DNA of 51,070 nucleotides, taken from IMG/VR virus record IMGVR_UViG_3300005611_000043, positions 1 to 51,070 of that record. One strand, 5' to 3'. Made by a program: the position numbers and the translations under genes. The DNA is from a virus (taxonomy: Duplodnaviria; Caudoviricetes). The notes below the pieces were generated by a model. It was given only the letters and a program-made list of their open reading frames with translations. It had not been told where the DNA came from and searched no databases. How positions within the stretch are numbered: position 1 is the first letter of the stretch; each line of letters starts with the position of its first letter. Shown here piece after piece: positions 21,280 to 31,887 of this stretch.

Positions 21280-22017
21280 ATGGGATCTGTTAGAAAATTT
21301 TCTTGGGGACTGCAATTAGAAAAATACCCTTACGTTAGTTACTCACGTTCATCTATTAATGGTAAACGTCACTATGATTGTGACGGTACACCTGTTCCTT
21401 CTGTTACAACGATATTAGATCAGACAGACGATAAAACTGGACTTCAAAAGTGGATTAAAAGAGTCGGTGAAGAAGAAGCAGAAAGAATTAGAAAAGAATC
21501 TTCCGATAGAGGCACGCTAATGCATGACTTTATAGAGAAACGACTGATGGGTCATCAAACAAGCTCTGCTAATCCTCAGGCATCTTTGGCCCATAAAATG
21601 GGTGCTACGGTTTTAGATAACATGATTGGACTACATTTTGTCTATGGATGTGAAATTTCCTTGAATTATAAAAATCAATGGGCTGGATCTACTGATTTAG
21701 TATGTTTGTATGAAAATCAATTAACCATTGGTGATTTTAAGCAAGCCAATAAAATGAAAAAAGAAGAATACATTACAAACTATTATTGTCAGCTTGTAGC
21801 TTATTCCATGGCGCACACAGAAATGTATGGCGAAGTAGAACAGGGTAAAATATTTATGGTAACTCCTGAATTACAATTTAAAGAATTTGAACTAAATAAA
21901 TTCAACTATGAAAAATACAAAAAAATCTGGTTGGACAGAGTCGAGCTCTATTATAAAAACAAAGAGAGTGTTGATAGTACGTCCAATCTGTATGATATGC
22001 GAGTCCAAAGCAGATAG
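21280..22017 (+). CDS. PD-(D/E)XK exonuclease
   Basis: PSVTTIL, RGTLMH, AGSTD, GDFK, QLVAY motifs. Confidence 0.85.
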   Translation: MGSVRKFSWGLQLEKYPYVSYSRSSINGKRHYDCDGTPVPSVTTILDQTDDKTGLQKWIKRVGEEEAERIRKESSDRGTLMHDFIEKRLMGHQTSSANPQASLAHKMGATVLDNMIGLHFVYGCEISLNYKNQWAGSTDLVCLYENQLTIGDFKQANKMKKEEYITNYYCQLVAYSMAHTEMYGEVEQGKIFMVTPELQFKEFELNKFNYEKYKKIWLDRVELYYKNKESVDSTSNLYDMRVQSR

Positions 22018-22055
22018 CGTTCACGAGAATTTTTATTACTGCGCTTCTTGTTTAA

Positions 22056-23501
22056 TTAAATCCATTCCCGAGCTTGCTCGCCTAAAATCTTCGCCGAAAG
22101 CTTAAGTTTATTTTTTAAAATATCTATTACCTTTTCATCAATCGTATCTTTGACAACGATGTCTATGTAAGTACATTTATTTTGTTGACTGATTCTATGT
22201 ATCCTTGCTTCTGATTGTTCACGAAGTTCATACGAATAATTATTATTATAATAAACCATGGTGTTACAGTTGGTTAAAGTTAAACCCATCCCACCTGTTT
22301 GTGTGTTACCTACAAAAAATCTTACCTTCTTACTGTTTTGAAAAGACTCACGAGCTTCAATTCTTTTTTCATTAGAGTCCTGGCCGTAAAAAGTTACAAC
22401 GGATTCAGATCCATACTCAGCTTTTAAAAACTGTTCGATCATTTTAATGTTATAAGTGTAAGTAGCCCAGATAATAACTTTACCCTGGCACTCTTCAATA
22501 ATGTCTTTTAAGTTTTGTAGTTTCTCATTATTTTTATATTCAATAATGTTTCCATCATCAGACATAACAAAGCCATTACACAGCTGATGTAGTCTAAGTA
22601 TTTCAGTCAGTTTATTGGTAAAGCTTACGCTTTCATCTTCAATGATAGCCATAGCTTGTATCTTTAATTCATCGTAAACTTTTTTCTGTTCTTTCGTAAG
22701 CTCACAATGTCTTTTTAAATAAACCTTTTCTGGTAGGTCTAGACATTCATCCTTGGTTACTCTATAAGAAAACTTTTTCACTTTTTGTTCAAGCTCAGCT
22801 AGATTGGTGTAAAACTTAGGAAACTTAACAATCCTACCGTTTTGAACACTTTCGTGAAAAACACAATAACGATTACGGAAAGAATAAAATGATGAAAAAC
22901 CTAAAATATTTTTATTTAAAAACTCTAGCTGTGAGTAAACGTCTAAAGGATTATTGGTTACTGGGGTCCCTGTTAGTATTCTACGGTACGGGGCTAACTC
23001 TCCTAGTATATGAATATTTTTCGTTCTATTTGCATTAGGGTTTTTAATTTTACTAGACTCATCTATTACCATTAACGATTTAAATTTTTTTAAAAATTTA
23101 TAAGCAGCTTCCATAGCTTTACCACCTTGTTGCAAAGCTTCTATGTTCATAATAAAAATTTTAAATTTTTTATTATCACTCATCAAACGTTTCATTTCTA
23201 ATTTAAATTTTGTAGTTGCAGAGTTTTTCCACATGATAACATCAGATGTATGTAAAAAAGGAAAGTGTGTTGGTATTTCTGTCCTGGCCCAGACAGAATA
23301 AACAGATTTAGGTGCAATAATTAATAACCCCTCTATCTTGTGGTTGTCATATAATATACCTACTGTATCTAGTAGGACTTTAGATTTTCCTGTACCCATC
23401 TCCATAAATAATGCATAGAATTCTTTATCAAAAGAAGTTTCTAATGCTTTCATTTGATGTTCGTACGGTTTTGTTTTGAATTTATATTTTTTATATCCCA
23501 T
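22056..23501 (-). CDS. SNF2-family (SF2) helicase
   Basis: MEMGTGKS (Walker A), IDES, LTGTP, GGMGLTL, QSEARIHRI. Confidence 0.92.
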   Translation of the reverse strand: MGYKKYKFKTKPYEHQMKALETSFDKEFYALFMEMGTGKSKVLLDTVGILYDNHKIEGLLIIAPKSVYSVWARTEIPTHFPFLHTSDVIMWKNSATTKFKLEMKRLMSDNKKFKIFIMNIEALQQGGKAMEAAYKFLKKFKSLMVIDESSKIKNPNANRTKNIHILGELAPYRRILTGTPVTNNPLDVYSQLEFLNKNILGFSSFYSFRNRYCVFHESVQNGRIVKFPKFYTNLAELEQKVKKFSYRVTKDECLDLPEKVYLKRHCELTKEQKKVYDELKIQAMAIIEDESVSFTNKLTEILRLHQLCNGFVMSDDGNIIEYKNNEKLQNLKDIIEECQGKVIIWATYTYNIKMIEQFLKAEYGSESVVTFYGQDSNEKRIEARESFQNSKKVRFFVGNTQTGGMGLTLTNCNTMVYYNNNYSYELREQSEARIHRISQQNKCTYIDIVVKDTIDEKVIDILKNKLKLSAKILGEQAREWI

Positions 23502-23504
23502 GGC

Positions 23505-23536
23505 TTGACATATAATTAATAAAGTTTATATGTCAA
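23505..23536. promoter_or_regulatory. Palindromic bidirectional promoter between helicase and replication operon
   Basis: TTGACATATAA-N10-TTATATGTCAA; reads TTGACA-16-TATATG on both strands. Confidence 0.7.
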
Positions 23537-23553
23537 TCTATAAGGAGGCACAT

Positions 23554-24090
23554 ATGTCGATTAAAATAAACGACAACGGCGTTGCTTCTTTAAGTGCTAA
23601 GTGCAATCAACTACTATCGATTCGTGGTGATATCGAAGAGTTGGAGGCAAAACTTAAACAAATGAAGATTGATGAAGAACGTATATCTACAGAAGAAATA
23701 CCAGCACTTCTATCTTCGCTTGGTATGAGGGACTTTACACTTGAAGACGGCAGTTACGTTGGACTAAAAACCAACTACTTTGCGCGCATACCTAAATCAA
23801 ATGAGGATGCAGCGTTTGAGTGGTTACGTGCGAATGGTCACGAAGACTTAATTCGTAACGAAATCGCTGTTCCCTTTACGAAGGGACAAGACGATAAAGC
23901 AAGACTGCTTGAGGAACTGATCAAGTCACAACCTCAACTACAAAACATCGTAGTCAATAAAAAGCAAACTGTGAATGCTATGCAACTAAAAGCGTTTGTA
24001 AAAGAACAAACTCAAAAAGGTGTAGACATTCCAGACACTTTGTTTGGCGCGTATGTAAAAACTGAAACCGTAATAAAGGAGGACAAATAA
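23554..24090 (+). CDS. Conserved phage replication-region protein
   Basis: SD AAGGAGG before ATG 23554; AFEWLRANGHEDLI and LKAFVKE motifs. Confidence 0.7.
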   Translation: MSIKINDNGVASLSAKCNQLLSIRGDIEELEAKLKQMKIDEERISTEEIPALLSSLGMRDFTLEDGSYVGLKTNYFARIPKSNEDAAFEWLRANGHEDLIRNEIAVPFTKGQDDKARLLEELIKSQPQLQNIVVNKKQTVNAMQLKAFVKEQTQKGVDIPDTLFGAYVKTETVIKEDK

Positions 24091-24896
24091 TGTCAAAAGC
24101 GGTAGAAAAAAAGACAACGAGTTCAAGTGTAGCTAATGTAGATTTAAATGCATTACTAAAGAATTCGTTTGATAACATAGATGCTCAATCTGTATCTATG
24201 CCTTACTTCAAGATTGTTGCTAAACAATCTGATGTAATAGAACCTGGTTCAGCAAATTATATTGAATCAGCTAAACCTGGAATGATTCTAAACTCAGCAT
24301 TGAATCAAGTATTTCAATCTATTAGAGTTATTCCTTCTTACTTCTATGTTAAAGATTTAGAGTGGGCAGATAGAGAGTCTGGTACAAACAGACCTGTTGG
24401 ATCCTACGATATATCTGAAAACATCATTGCTAAAACGCATAAAGATGAAAGAGGTAAGGACCGATTAGAGAACGGTAATTATATTGAGAGAACTGCTCAT
24501 CATTTTGTAACTAGACTTGATGAGAATAACAATGTACTGGACAATGGGATTATCACAATGTCTAGAACTCAGTATAAGAAGTCGCAAAGATGGAATACCA
24601 TGCAACTTGCTCAGTATGAGGAGATTAATGGTAAGCGTCAGCAACTTCCTAATCACGCACAAATTTACACACTCAGCACAACGTTGGAGAAAAACAATCT
24701 CGGTACTTGGTACGGCTGGGTAGTAAACTACGCTGGGATGGCACCTGCGGAAGCAATTCAAAGATCTGTGGCGTTCAGAGAATCAGCTTCCAGAATGCAG
24801 AATGTCAGTGATGCTGGTGAGTCGGCAGAGGTTAAAACGGAAGCAGCTAGTGTAACAGCTAGTAGCTCGCAAGGTAAGGAAGAGACTCCGTTTTAA
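24090..24896 (+). CDS. Single-stranded DNA-binding protein (putative)
   Basis: Acidic C-terminal tail ending EETPF; location in replication operon. Confidence 0.65.
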   Translation: MSKAVEKKTTSSSVANVDLNALLKNSFDNIDAQSVSMPYFKIVAKQSDVIEPGSANYIESAKPGMILNSALNQVFQSIRVIPSYFYVKDLEWADRESGTNRPVGSYDISENIIAKTHKDERGKDRLENGNYIERTAHHFVTRLDENNNVLDNGIITMSRTQYKKSQRWNTMQLAQYEEINGKRQQLPNHAQIYTLSTTLEKNNLGTWYGWVVNYAGMAPAEAIQRSVAFRESASRMQNVSDAGESAEVKTEAASVTASSSQGKEETPF

Positions 24897-26437
24897 TGAA
24901 AGCTGCTGATTTTCTAGATCTGTTTGATTGTCAAAGGGAAAACTATTACGTCTTTTCTCACAATGGTGAGAGAGAACGTGATGGTAAGGCGGAAGGACGA
25001 TACAGACGGATTAACGAAACAGTTACCGAAGAAGTAATTGCAAAACACCTCGGCGGAGAAATCAGCATTGGTCTTATCCCTACTCGTAGGGATAAGACTT
25101 GTTCTTGGGGTTGTATTGATGTCGATAATATCATTTACGGCAAAGATCCAACCCCAGTTATTAAAAAGATTAGAGAAAAAAAATATCCATTGATGCCATA
25201 CCGTTCCAAAACGGGTGGCTTACATTTAGTATTACATATTCAAGGTTCTGTACTAGCTGCAGACATGAGAGCAAAAATTAATGAACTTGCATCTGATTTA
25301 GGTTTTGGTGGCGAGGGTGCAGATAAATTTCCAGCAGAGGACGAAATTAAATGGGATCCACAAAAAAATGAATGGCGTACAGGTAAATGTTTAAACATTC
25401 CTTATTTCAATTCCGATACAACTACACGTTATGCATTAAACAATGCAGGACAAGCTTTAGACTTTGAAGACTATGTAGAATTTGTAAAACAATTTAGAGT
25501 TACTCCAGAACAGTTTAAAAAGATTGAGATCGCGAAGCCCAGTAATACAGATGAAGAGTGGGATCAATACCCTCCTTGTGTTCAAGGTTTTATTAAAGAG
25601 GGTGTGGGTGAGGGAAATAGAAATAATGCTTTATTTAACATGGCTGTGTTAGCTCATCTTAAAAACCCAAAAAATCTAAGACAAGAAGTATACAAGAGAA
25701 ACGAAACTGTTTGCAAGCCACCTATTCAAAACGATTCAGAACTAGAAGAGATTATCAATGGTATTAAAGAACAAAGTTATTTTTATATGTGCAATACACC
25801 TATTGCTAAAAAGTTTTGTAATAAGGAATTATGTAGACAACGTAAGTTTGGTATAGGACCCGAACAGTACCAACCTAGTGTAGAGTTGTTTGAAAAATTG
25901 GATACAGATCCACCTATCTATTACTTAACGATTGAAGGTAAACAAGTAACGATTACAGGCCAACAACTTACTCAACAGCAATTATTTGGTACAGCATTGT
26001 TTGATCAAGCAGATATGGTTTGGGATGCAATTAAACCAAAAGATTTTAAAATATTTTTACGTAAACTAAAAGACATGCAAAAGGTAATTGAAGACACACA
26101 AGATTCTAAAGCACATGAGTTTGAATATTATGTTAGAAAGTTTTTTCAAGACGAAGAACCTGGAGATGATATTTCACAAATTGAAGCTGGTTATATTTTT
26201 CTTGAAGAGGATTGGATTTATTTTAAATTAGAAACCTTTATGGATTTCATGGTTAAAAACCGTCAAAACAAAAAGCGTAACGAAATGATTCATTACTTGA
26301 GAACAGGTGGTGCACAGAATGTTAAAAAGAATAATACGCGGATGTGGAGGGTGAAGAAACCATCAACCATTCAAATTAAAGATCGTAAAGTAGATTTTAA
26401 AAAACATACCGCGACTGATGACAACATACCGTTTTAA
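24896..26437 (+). CDS. Primase (AEP-like with PriCT-type domain)
   Basis: WGCIDVD, RSKTGGLH, PPCV, GEGNRNNALF. Confidence 0.8.
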   Translation: MKAADFLDLFDCQRENYYVFSHNGERERDGKAEGRYRRINETVTEEVIAKHLGGEISIGLIPTRRDKTCSWGCIDVDNIIYGKDPTPVIKKIREKKYPLMPYRSKTGGLHLVLHIQGSVLAADMRAKINELASDLGFGGEGADKFPAEDEIKWDPQKNEWRTGKCLNIPYFNSDTTTRYALNNAGQALDFEDYVEFVKQFRVTPEQFKKIEIAKPSNTDEEWDQYPPCVQGFIKEGVGEGNRNNALFNMAVLAHLKNPKNLRQEVYKRNETVCKPPIQNDSELEEIINGIKEQSYFYMCNTPIAKKFCNKELCRQRKFGIGPEQYQPSVELFEKLDTDPPIYYLTIEGKQVTITGQQLTQQQLFGTALFDQADMVWDAIKPKDFKIFLRKLKDMQKVIEDTQDSKAHEFEYYVRKFFQDEEPGDDISQIEAGYIFLEEDWIYFKLETFMDFMVKNRQNKKRNEMIHYLRTGGAQNVKKNNTRMWRVKKPSTIQIKDRKVDFKKHTATDDNIPF

Positions 26438-27998
26438 AACAATTAAACTTTTTGGTCCACCTGGAACAGGTAAAACAACTACCCTATTAAATAGAATAGA
26501 GAAGTATATTGAAAGAGGAATGGATCCAAAAGATATAGCTTATTTTAGTTTTACCAAAAAAGCAGTCAGTGAAGGAATCGAAAGAGCTAAAATTAAATTT
26601 AATTTACAAGATGATGACTTACCTAATTTTAGAACCATACACAGTTTTTGTAGACAACAATTTTCAACCACACCTGTATTAGACGAAGACATAGATATTA
26701 GAGAGTTTCAAACCTCTATGGGTAATATTTCTTTAGAATTTGATGATACTTATGATGGACATCGAGTAAGAAAAAACTGGGCTTTACGTATTTATGATAA
26801 AGCAAGAAATATGATGAAAGATCCTTTGCTTGTGTATCGTAGAGAGAATGTTAAACGAATTGGTATAGACAAGTTTAAAAACATTATACGTTTGTACGAA
26901 GAGTTTAAACAAGAACATCGTGTAGACTTTACCGATATGTTATCTAACTTTATAGATAATGGACAAGCTCCTACTTTTAAAGTGATGATCATAGATGAAG
27001 CGCAGGATTTAACTCCTTTACAATGGAAGTTTGTTTATAAACTAGGAGAAAAAGCACACAGGATCTTTTTAGCTGGGGATGATGACCAGGCAATCTATGC
27101 TTGGAACGGTGCTGATGTACAGGCTTTTCAAGACTTTCCTGGGCGGGATGTGGTCCTGAAATACTCTCACCGATTGAACAAACAGATATTTAGTTTTTGT
27201 AAATTACTACAAAATAAAATTACAGATAAAAAAGAAAAAGAATTTGAACCAGCAAATAAGTTACCTGGACAGATTTTGGCTTTTAAAAATTTTCAAGAAA
27301 TACCTTTCAAAGCATTTACAGGTAAATGGTTTTTGTTATCTAGAGTAAGAGAAGGAGTTAGGGTTTTAGAGGAAGAAGCTAGAAAATATGGAATATACTT
27401 TCAAAATCAAAAAGGTAAAAAATCATTTGATATCAACCAATATAGAGCTATTCAGTTATGGGAAGATTTAATTACAGGAGGAAAGATTAAAAAAGAAGAT
27501 ATTGAAATTTTATATATGTTTATAGAAGAGGTAGCGTATGGTTTTAGAAAATTAGATACAAAAGCTTGGAGAGATATTGATCCGAATCTGTTAATGACTT
27601 ATGAAGACCTAACCGTATTTGGTGGATTGGATCCAGCTAAAGAACGCACACCTTGGTGGGAAGCATTAAATAGAAAGTTTAACGACCGTCAAAAGAAATA
27701 TTTTTTTAGAATGCAAAATCAAAATGTAGATTTAACTACTAAAGCCAACATTATCATAGATACCATTCACCAAGTCAAAGGTGGAGAAGCAGAGAACGTA
27801 GTGCTGTTCGCATACGCAAACTTTCCTACTGACTTTGACAATAAAAAAACAAAACTAAAACCCAATGAAGCAAGAGTTTGGTACACGGGAGCTACCAGAT
27901 CTAAACAAAATTTATTTTTATTAGGAACGAAACATAAATATTCTTTCCCTTTAACAAGGGTATACAATCAATACATGGAGATGGAACACGGTGGGTAG
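26418..27998 (+). CDS. UvrD/Rep-like SF1 helicase
   Basis: GPPGTGKT, IDEAQD, GDDDQAIY, TIHQVKGGEAE, YTGATR. Confidence 0.92.
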   Translation: MTTYRFKTIKLFGPPGTGKTTTLLNRIEKYIERGMDPKDIAYFSFTKKAVSEGIERAKIKFNLQDDDLPNFRTIHSFCRQQFSTTPVLDEDIDIREFQTSMGNISLEFDDTYDGHRVRKNWALRIYDKARNMMKDPLLVYRRENVKRIGIDKFKNIIRLYEEFKQEHRVDFTDMLSNFIDNGQAPTFKVMIIDEAQDLTPLQWKFVYKLGEKAHRIFLAGDDDQAIYAWNGADVQAFQDFPGRDVVLKYSHRLNKQIFSFCKLLQNKITDKKEKEFEPANKLPGQILAFKNFQEIPFKAFTGKWFLLSRVREGVRVLEEEARKYGIYFQNQKGKKSFDINQYRAIQLWEDLITGGKIKKEDIEILYMFIEEVAYGFRKLDTKAWRDIDPNLLMTYEDLTVFGGLDPAKERTPWWEALNRKFNDRQKKYFFRMQNQNVDLTTKANIIIDTIHQVKGGEAENVVLFAYANFPTDFDNKKTKLKPNEARVWYTGATRSKQNLFLLGTKHKYSFPLTRVYNQYMEMEHGG

Positions 27999-28428
27999 AA
28001 ACAAATTGTTAAAAAAATTAGCAGATGCCAGGTATAATTCTACTTTATCTGGTTATTTAAAAAATTTATTTACGGCAGCTAGACGTAGATGCAAACACTC
28101 CGCTTATAGAAAAAGAAAAAAAATATATTTTAATTTAGCGATTGATGATTTTTATCATGTTTTTTGGAATCAAGTAGAAACCTTAGGTGGTATTTATTGT
28201 GCTTATACAGGTGCACCTATGACCCATGTTAGAGGAAAAGGAATTGTGAAAACCAATATATCTTTGGATCGAATCAATAACAAAATTGGTTACACAAAAG
28301 AAAACATTATTTTTTGTACCGCAGCGTTTAATGATTTAAAGGGCCAGGTGACAATTGAGGCTTGTCAAAAAATCTTAGAAGTGTATAAAGAACGAATCGG
28401 TTACATAGAGGAGGAAGATAGAATATGA
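27991..28428 (+). CDS. HNH-like endonuclease
   Basis: CAYTG...SLDRINNKIGYTKENIIFC...N motif. Confidence 0.6.
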   Translation: MGRNKLLKKLADARYNSTLSGYLKNLFTAARRRCKHSAYRKRKKIYFNLAIDDFYHVFWNQVETLGGIYCAYTGAPMTHVRGKGIVKTNISLDRINNKIGYTKENIIFCTAAFNDLKGQVTIEACQKILEVYKERIGYIEEEDRI

Positions 28429-28661
28429 CAATTAAAGAAGCGTTGGAACGTTCCTTTCCAACTTTAAAACAAGAAGGTGGAGATCATTACACAAAGTATT
28501 TGATACAACCTTATAAATTTATTACGAAAAATAACTTATCTTTTTTTCAAGGCAACATAATTAAATACGTCATGCGTTACAAAGATAAGAACGGTGTGGA
28601 AGATTTAAAAAAAATTATTCATTACTGCGAGTTAGAAATAGAAAACTTAAGAGATAAATAA
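28425..28661 (+). CDS. DUF3310-family protein
   Basis: QEGGDHY, GNIIKYVMRY, KNGVEDLKK. Confidence 0.85.
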   Translation: MTIKEALERSFPTLKQEGGDHYTKYLIQPYKFITKNNLSFFQGNIIKYVMRYKDKNGVEDLKKIIHYCELEIENLRDK

Positions 28662-28662
28662 A

Positions 28663-29343
28663 GTGATTAACAAAGTAAATTGTTTCGGTAACGATATTTA
28701 TCTACCTGCTTGTGATGATTTCATTCAATCATCTATTAAAAATACAGGCGGTTGGGAAAAGAAAATACATGAATGTTATTCTTCGTTTCTTACAAAAGAT
28801 TCAGTAGTAATAGAAATAGGAGCTCATGTTGGAACTCATACGGTGGCTATGGCAAAACTATGTAAGCATGTCTATACCTTTGAAATACAAAGATTTTTAA
28901 ACCAATTATTAAATTTTAATGTAATTAATAATGGTTGTTATAACGTGACAACTTTTTTTGAGGGGATTCATAATTACAACGCTGTAAAACAAGTAGAAGA
29001 ACTTGACTACACCAGGGTGTTTAACACAGGAGCTCTTACTATTGAGTCTTTGCATAAACCATGGGGTTATCCAATCATGGTTACAAAAATAGATACAAAG
29101 TTTAATTATAGGTTTTTAAATAGATTAGATTTACTTAAGATTGATGCAGAGGGTGTAGAAAGAGATATTATTAAAGGTGGATTACAAACCATACGAAATT
29201 TCAAACCAAGAATATTAGTAGAGTTTGATGGTGAGCCCGATAAAAACGAAATGAAACAAATGCTTCCAGAATATCAATGGGAGGATGTCATAGATCATTA
29301 TTTAGACATTCCAAATAACATGATGTTAGGAACTGCAACATGA
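28663..29343 (+). CDS. FkbM-family methyltransferase
   Basis: EIGAHVGTHT, FE, LKIDAEG. Confidence 0.88.
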   Translation: MINKVNCFGNDIYLPACDDFIQSSIKNTGGWEKKIHECYSSFLTKDSVVIEIGAHVGTHTVAMAKLCKHVYTFEIQRFLNQLLNFNVINNGCYNVTTFFEGIHNYNAVKQVEELDYTRVFNTGALTIESLHKPWGYPIMVTKIDTKFNYRFLNRLDLLKIDAEGVERDIIKGGLQTIRNFKPRILVEFDGEPDKNEMKQMLPEYQWEDVIDHYLDIPNNMMLGTAT

Positions 29344-30020
29344 TGAAACCAACAGAGTTTAAATTTGACTTTTATGGGAAACTAAAACATTTTGGTGTTC
29401 AATTTGAAAACATCGTTGATGTTGGTTGTTTTCAAGGAGATTGGACAGAACGTGTTCAGAAAGTTTATCCAGATGCTAATTATTATTTAATAGATCCTAA
29501 CGATCACCATAAAGATAAATGTGAAAAGCTTGGAACTTTTATACAAGCTGCTGTTGGATATAAGGAAGAAGAAAGAAAATTTTATTATTACGAAGAACAT
29601 TCTGCTACAGGTAATTCTTTGTATAAAGAAACATCTAACGCAGTACCTTATGAAAAGGTTGTTACAGCAAAACCGTTGTCTGCCTTATTACCTGATCAAA
29701 AGTACGATGTAATTAAAATGGATGTCCAGGGTGCAGAGTTAGAAATTATAGATGGGTCCTTTGATTTATTTAGTAAAACTAAATTTGTCCAATTAGAGTG
29801 TCCTGTACATCATAACAATGTGGATGCACCAAGATTTGAACATTACATTAATTTTATGGCTAATTGTGATTTTAAAGTATTTGACATTGATAATATATTT
29901 TATAATAAAAAGTTAATAGGAGTTGATTTTATTTTTGTTAATAAAAAATTACCAAAAATCACACCGCTAGAAAACGAAAAAATAATTTACGAAAGCTACG
30001 CCAATGTCCCATCAACTTAA
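29340..30020 (+). CDS. FkbM-family methyltransferase
   Basis: DVGCFQG, IKMDVQGAELEII. Confidence 0.88.
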   Translation: MMKPTEFKFDFYGKLKHFGVQFENIVDVGCFQGDWTERVQKVYPDANYYLIDPNDHHKDKCEKLGTFIQAAVGYKEEERKFYYYEEHSATGNSLYKETSNAVPYEKVVTAKPLSALLPDQKYDVIKMDVQGAELEIIDGSFDLFSKTKFVQLECPVHHNNVDAPRFEHYINFMANCDFKVFDIDNIFYNKKLIGVDFIFVNKKLPKITPLENEKIIYESYANVPST

Positions 30021-31887
30021 TTTTTTATTTCAACATTCAGATTGGAAAACTCCTGAACACTTTCCTGATTTAACAGGTGCTAAGACATTAGCTATCGACT
30101 TAGAAACTAGAGATCCTAATTTAAAAAAACTAGGATCTGGATGGCCTAGAATGGATGGTGAAATCGTAGGAATTGCAGTCGCTACAGCAGATTTTAAAGG
30201 TTACTTTCCTATTGCGCATGCCCAGGGTGGCAATATGGATCGAAATATGGTCCTTAAATGGTTGAAGAAACAACTGTTAAGCGATGGTATTAAACTATTT
30301 CATAATGCTAGTTACGACGTGGGTTGGTTACGAGCTTATGGATTTAAGATTAATGGCCGTATTATTGATACCATGATTGCTGGAGCATTAATTGATGAGA
30401 ATCGATTTAGCTATAGTTTGAACGCGCTAGCCAAGGAATATCTAGGCAAACTAAAAGCAGAAACAGAATTAAATGAACGTGCAGCAGAGTGGGGTGTGGA
30501 TGCAAAAGCAGAACTATGGAAACTACCTGCGCAGTATGTTGGTTTCTACGCAGAACAAGATGCTCAATTAACCTGGGAGCTATGGCAACGATTTCAACAT
30601 GAGATTAATAAACAATCGTTAAATGATATTTTTGATATTGAGATGGATTTATTACCTATCTTAATTGAAATGAAAGAGAAGGGTGTAGCCGTAGATTTAG
30701 AAGGCGCAGAAGGTTTAAAAAAAGAATTTATGGATCGTGAGAAACAGGAATTAGCGAAAATAAAAAAGCTAACGAATCTTGACGTAGACATTTGGGCTGC
30801 TAGGAGCGTAGCCCAGGCGTTTGATCGTAAAGGTGTTGATTATCCTAAAACCGAAAAAACAGGAGAACCTAGCTTCACCGCTAATTGGTTACAGAACTGT
30901 CAACATGAGCTTGCAGGACATATCCGCCAGGCACGTGAATTATCAAAGTTTCATTCAACCTTTATTGATTCTATTTTAAAACATCAACACAAAGGCAGAA
31001 TACATTCAGACATATTTCAATTAAGAGGTAATGGTGGAGGAACAGTATCAGGACGATTAAGTTATGGAAACCCAAACCTACAACAGATACCAGCTCGTAA
31101 TAAAGAATTTGGTCCACGAATTAGAAGTTTGTTTTTACCTGATAAAACACATTGGGGTAGTTTTGATTACTCTCAACAGGAACCAAGACTTGTAGTTCAT
31201 TTCTCATCGCTTGTGGAAGGTGGTTATCCTGGAACGGAAACATTAATCAAAGCATATGAGAATGAAGATGCAGACTTTCATCAAACTGTTGCTGATATGG
31301 CAAACATACCAAGGTCCCAAGCAAAGACCATAAACTTAGGATTGTTTTACGGTATGGGAACGAATAAACTATCAAGAGAATTAGGAATTGCAAAAGAAGA
31401 TGCTCAAGACATTATATTACGATACAATCAAAAAGTTCCGTTTGTTAAAAAACTCGCTGAAAAAGTTATGGGCACTGCTGACACGAGAGGTCATATCTAC
31501 ACGTTGTTGGGAAGACAATGCCGTTTTAATCTTTGGGAACCTAACACGTTCGGGCTTAATAAGCCGATGCGGGAGGAAGACGCTGTCGCTCAGTTCGGTC
31601 GTAAGAACATCAAAAGAGCCATGACCTATAAAGCTCTGAATAGACTTATTCAGGGATCTGCAGCTGATCAGGTTAAAAAAGCGATGGTAGATTGTTATAA
31701 AGAAGGCTTTTTACCTTTAATACAAATACATGATGAACTATGTTTTTCAGTAGATACAGACGAAGATATATTAAAGATTAAGAAAATTATGGAAACTTGT
31801 GTTAAGATGAGTGTACCTTCAAAGGTCGATTGCGAAATAGGACCTAACTGGGGTAAAACAAAATTAAGACAAGTAAATGAAAAATAA
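30004..31887 (+). CDS. polA: DNA polymerase family A with 3'-5' exonuclease
   Basis: IDLET, HNASYD, GRLSYGNPNLQQIP, DYSQQEPR, KTINLGLFYG, IQGSAAD, QIHDEL. Confidence 0.95.
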   Translation: MSHQLNFLFQHSDWKTPEHFPDLTGAKTLAIDLETRDPNLKKLGSGWPRMDGEIVGIAVATADFKGYFPIAHAQGGNMDRNMVLKWLKKQLLSDGIKLFHNASYDVGWLRAYGFKINGRIIDTMIAGALIDENRFSYSLNALAKEYLGKLKAETELNERAAEWGVDAKAELWKLPAQYVGFYAEQDAQLTWELWQRFQHEINKQSLNDIFDIEMDLLPILIEMKEKGVAVDLEGAEGLKKEFMDREKQELAKIKKLTNLDVDIWAARSVAQAFDRKGVDYPKTEKTGEPSFTANWLQNCQHELAGHIRQARELSKFHSTFIDSILKHQHKGRIHSDIFQLRGNGGGTVSGRLSYGNPNLQQIPARNKEFGPRIRSLFLPDKTHWGSFDYSQQEPRLVVHFSSLVEGGYPGTETLIKAYENEDADFHQTVADMANIPRSQAKTINLGLFYGMGTNKLSRELGIAKEDAQDIILRYNQKVPFVKKLAEKVMGTADTRGHIYTLLGRQCRFNLWEPNTFGLNKPMREEDAVAQFGRKNIKRAMTYKALNRLIQGSAADQVKKAMVDCYKEGFLPLIQIHDELCFSVDTDEDILKIKKIMETCVKMSVPSKVDCEIGPNWGKTKLRQVNEK

